Under the pieces are notes generated by a model. That model was given only the letters and a program-made list of their open reading frames with translations, did not search any database and was not told the origin of the DNA. A stretch of 63,847 bases of DNA, the filler included, from Olpidium bornovanus S191 (Eukaryota > Fungi > Olpidiomycota): assembly GCA_017911155.1 (NCBI GenBank). It is 31 parts of 31 records of this genome, joined end to end, with 100 filler letters (N's around TTAATTAATTAA, not from the genome) between each part and the next. Parts side by side here need not be neighbours in the genome. Positions count along the whole stretch, not along the records: positions 60,032 to 62,739 come from JAEFCI010010771.1; positions 62,840 to 63,847 come from JAEFCI010003113.1; 29 more parts are not named here. The stretch is one strand, 5' to 3'. Made by a program: the position numbers and the translations under genes. This document shows, piece by piece, positions 60,032 through 63,847 of the stretch (positions within the stretch are counted from its first letter, which is position 1; every line of letters starts with the position of its first letter).

Positions 60032-60733
60032 GGCACCAGTTTCTGCGTCCGCCAAGCTCGTGGACGGTGTGCTCGGCGCCTTGCCCCAGCCCACCCGAAG
60101 CTCGTGACCTTCGACATTGAACTTCTTGTGCTGCCATTCCTGGTAAAACATGGCGGCGGTCTGGTTGTCGAGAAAGTACAGGAACGCGCATGACTTCTCC
60201 GGCAAGAAGCGCACGTTCTCCAGCGGGCCGCCGCACTTGACGTTGTCCAGGAGCCGCGTGACAGAGATTTCCGGCGGAATGTTACCGATGTAAATCGTCC
60301 GGCTGCCCTGGCCCGAGGACGCGGCAGCCTGCTGGGCGGCAACGGCGGCGGCAACCGCAGCGTACTGGTTTTGCGTGTATGCGGCGGCCGCCGCAGCATT
60401 TGATCCGTCCAATTGTTGTCCCGGGACGCCAATGCCGGTGGTTCCCGCAGCCCCAGCTGCGAAATAATTTCCGCCAAAAGCCGCCTGGTAGACTGCCATT
60501 GGGTACTGCTGCTGCTGAAGCCCGCCGAGGTTAAGACCGACGCCGGGGATGCCGATGGCCCCCGTGGCCCCGGCCATGACAATTCCCTTCTGCGAGTACG
60601 AAGCGTAAGAGTCGGCGCCAATGCCCATTCCAGGTGCCATGGAACTGAACGGAAGGTTGTAAGATAGAATGCCGCCGCCGAATCTGGGTTTCTTGTTATC
60701 GTTAATGGGGCTGTGGTCGTGGCCGCGCTTCAT
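60032..60733 (-). CDS. Multi-RRM RNA-binding protein (S. pombe Nrd1 / S. cerevisiae Mrn1-like), first RRM; 3'-truncated
   Basis: SRTIYIGNIPPEIS...GPLENVRFLPEKSCAFLYFLD...ELRVGWGK...AETGA. Confidence 0.85.
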
Positions 60734-63092
60734 GGGAATATCCTACTGTGTCGAGGATCTGACAGCATGTTGGAAAGCCGAGCCGAACGGGAGTCAATCG
60801 AGGCGCGGCACGTTGCAAACGCAAAATTAAAGGCACCAACAGCAACAAACGGGCATCCTGGAAAAAGGAGAAGAGAACGACGCCCTCGAGAGCGCATCGC
60901 ACCAATTATCTTCTTGAACGAAGGAAAAGGCAGAATAATTACACGACTTTGTTGACAAAAAAGCAGTCGTCGGCGTTCAATCACACGAGAGCAGCGAGCC
61001 GAAAGTGTTCAGATGCTGATCTTGTTTGTGCATATGCGAAAGAAAGGTCCAACCGAAAGGCGACATAAAAAAAAAGAAAAGAAAAGAAACGTGGAATAAA
61101 AGAAAAATATTTCGGCGCCCATAGAAGAGTGGCGAAACGTGTCAAAACTGACGATGCATCTCGACATTTCGAAGAAAAGCCCCGCGTATAGAAAAAAGAA
61201 GTGGGGTGGGGTACCGCTCAAAAAAATCCCCCGTAACAGTGCGAACGTCGTCAGGGGCTCATCTTACTGCAACTTACATTCCCGACTATGGATTTACAGC
61301 GAACTCTCCGCATTCGCGTGGCGGCGCCGGTTAAGCTCACGGGAAAGCGGAGGGCAGGCGGCAGGCAAGGTGGACGACTTTATCTGCGGGAAGATATAAC
61401 CGCCTTCGGCGCGGAACAGAAATGGGCCCAAGACGGCGGGGTCGCGTGAAAGATTAGCCGGTGCGCCGCGCCTGCGTGAAGAACGGGTACCGGGTCGCGA
61501 AAGGCAGCTCAACAAAAAGGAAAGCCGCTTACACGCACTGCGGGCCTGACCCTGTTTGAAGCGTCTGAGGTTTTCCGTGTCTCTGCCGCGCTTCCACGGC
61601 AAAAATCGCGGCGCGGCGGCTCTGCGTAGACGGGAGGAGGGTGTGCGAGGGGGGAAAACCGTTAAATGCGCCGGAGCATACACCTCCCAGGTCGGCGCCC
61701 ACCAAACGCCTTAACGACACCCGATGGGGGAGGAGAGGGGGGGGGGAGGCGGGGGTGTGGAAAGGAGGAGCGGCGGATGGGGGAGACCCGACGAGCGGGC
61801 GATTCCTCGCGCAAGGGCATGAGTCGGCCGGAACCCACCCGGAAAAGCCGGACACGAGGGCGCGTAGGGGTTTTTCTGCGGACCGGTTGCAAAGCGTGTT
61901 GGGGGGGGAGCGGGAGGGGGAGTGCCAGGGATAAGCAAGGTGGTGAGGGGCCTCGTTCCCGCTTTGAGGGGCCGCCAGCTCTAGAGCTGTCAGTCCTTTT
62001 TGCGGCCGCACGCGCGTTACCCGAGTTGTGGAAGGAGGCCGCGGGGGGGGGGGGGGGGGGGTGGGGGGGGGGGGGGGGGGAAGCTTTGGTCCTTACGCAG
62101 TGGGGTCGGGGGAAACGACAGAAAGCGCGGCCGGCGAAGATGCGGAGGGAAGGACGAGGAGGCCGAGGGGAAGGACGGACGACGGGGGGAAAGGGGGTTC
62201 GCTGCAAGCGCCCCTTTGGCCGGTGGGTTCTCCTCAAAAGTCGGTCACGTGACCGCGACCTCAAAAATCGCAAGGACGAGGAGGGCGATTCCCCGCCTGG
62301 GGAAGCCGGTGGCCTAGAACGGAACTATTTTTGACTTGGGAGAATCCTAAACTGGAGGATACAGCATAAAGGCCGCTGGAACGGCACAACCCGTGCATCA
62401 AAGACATAATACCACCGGGACGCCCGCGAGCTGGTTGCATGGGGCAGGACCTGCAGGTGAGGCGTGCGGGCTGTTATTTTATCATTAGCGAAAGTTCACG
62501 GTTATGAAGGCGACGAACGCCCTGGGCGGTGGTTAACAGCAGGACTGGAGATTGGGAAAGGTGGGCGAACAGTAGTAGCCAGGATAATGGGATGGTTAAA
62601 CGCCAAACCGTGAATGCACATGGAGGACCCGGTAGCCAAACAAAAACGAGAATGGCTATGGAATACGGCCACAATTTCAAGTGCATCCGAATGAGGAAAC
62701 AATGCCCGAAAATGTGACGCATCGTCTGGCCAGATGGTANNNNNNNNNNNNNNNNNNNNNNNNNNNNNNNNNNNNNNNNNNNNTTAATTAATTAANNNNN
62801 NNNNNNNNNNNNNNNNNNNNNNNNNNNNNNNNNNNNNNNACAGTCATCAAAAGAATGCCAAAAGTGCTCCGTTTTGAGACGTTCTCCACCGTCCGGGCGT
62901 GGACTGTGCTATAATTTTGGGGAGACGTGCGCGCGAGCGGGGCGGTGGATTTTTCCATGGATGCACGGCATTTGATGTGCGGCGATGGAGCCCAATTTGG
63001 TATGTACGCCACTAAATACGCGACAAAGTCACAAACAACGTTCGACAACATTCACGTTATTGAAATAGCATTTAAAAAACGTGTTTAAAAAG

Positions 63093-63148
<56 letters not shown>

Positions 63149-63847
63149 TTTTTCGTCTCTTTCACGCGTTATCCCCCTTTCCACCTCGCGCTTCCAACCC
63201 ACGCGCCCGCCCGCGGCGCCTCCCTCCCTCGACCTCTCGTCCACCCGCCCGCTGGGATGTTGCTTCGGCCGCGGCGCGTGCGCTTGTGCACGTGTGTCGG
63301 GTCGGGGGGAAGGGGGATCAAGCGCGGGTTGCGAACATCAAAAAGCCCACGCGCTCACCCGCGCAAGGGCCTCTCTTTATCAAAACGCGTGGAACCGCAC
63401 GCAAAACCGCATCATCTCCCCCACCCCACACACGCCCCCGCCGGCTTGCAATAACGCGCATTGCTGCCCTCCCCCCCACAACGTCGACGAAGTTCAGTCT
63501 GCACATGAGGCGAACAGGGAAATTGTGCGGATCAGAGATGGCCTGAACGCAAAAAAATGGCGTTCGGCAGCATGCCGTATGAGATTTTGGGGGGTACGGG
63601 TGGGGTGGGTGGTGAAGGCGGTGGAGGAGAGAGAAGGCTGGTGGGTTGCGGCGAGGGCGGGCATGCGACCCTCCTCTCCCGGTTGTTTTTTATTTCGTTA
63701 CAATCCTCACGCGTTTTCTCTTCTTCCTGACGCCGTCGCGTGTCCGCAGCTCGTAGCATCGCCACCGTAAGCGTGCGCGCGTTGCACGTGCGACTGATGG
63801 TGTTGTACGTGAAACAGCTCTCGAGGGCAAACGGCGGCCACGCGGAG

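Noticed and set aside
2994-62839. Regularly recurring TTAATTAATTAA flanked by N, superficially like a repeat array or CRISPR
   Set aside because: It is a synthetic concatenation linker. No CRISPR array, operon or cross-contig gene cluster can be inferred.
1-63847. rRNA, tRNA or prokaryotic/phage systems
   Set aside because: None recognised by eye; tRNAscan-SE and Infernal would be needed to exclude small RNAs.

Overview
This is not a contiguous locus. It is 31 short contigs (about 1-5 kb) joined by 30 identical 100-nt linkers (N44-TTAATTAATTAA-N44, stops in all six frames), so neighbourhood across linkers means nothing and ORF-track entries ending in X/LIN are artefacts. The DNA is eukaryotic: a GC-rich, intron-rich fungus with GT-AG introns. 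Katanin p80, an MCFD2-like protein and a DNMT1-type BAH protein suggest an early-diverging, probably zoosporic fungus (Olpidium-like; inference only). Recognisable gene fragments: VPS26, PPS1-like phosphatase, SYG1/XPR1, VPS33, RRP46, SmE, GH5 endoglycoceramidase-like enzyme, DNMT1-like BAH protein, GPI16/PIG-T, COG5, KATNB1, NDC80, a GAF-domain protein, an ankyrin protein, RBM26/27, MCFD2-like and an Nrd1/Mrn1-like RRM protein. There are many LTR-retrotransposon relics (Ty3/gypsy gag, protease, integrase and LTRs; Ty1/copia RT-RNase H). The most notable items are: an orphan ORF with an array of LC8 (dynein light chain) TQT motifs; an intronless 713-aa orphan surface glycoprotein; a gag killed only by C-to-T-type stops, alongside a DNMT1-like gene elsewhere in the window; a nested LTR insertion; and about 28 of 61 contig ends falling at CATG. 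All protein identities come from motif recognition by eye, not from database searches.
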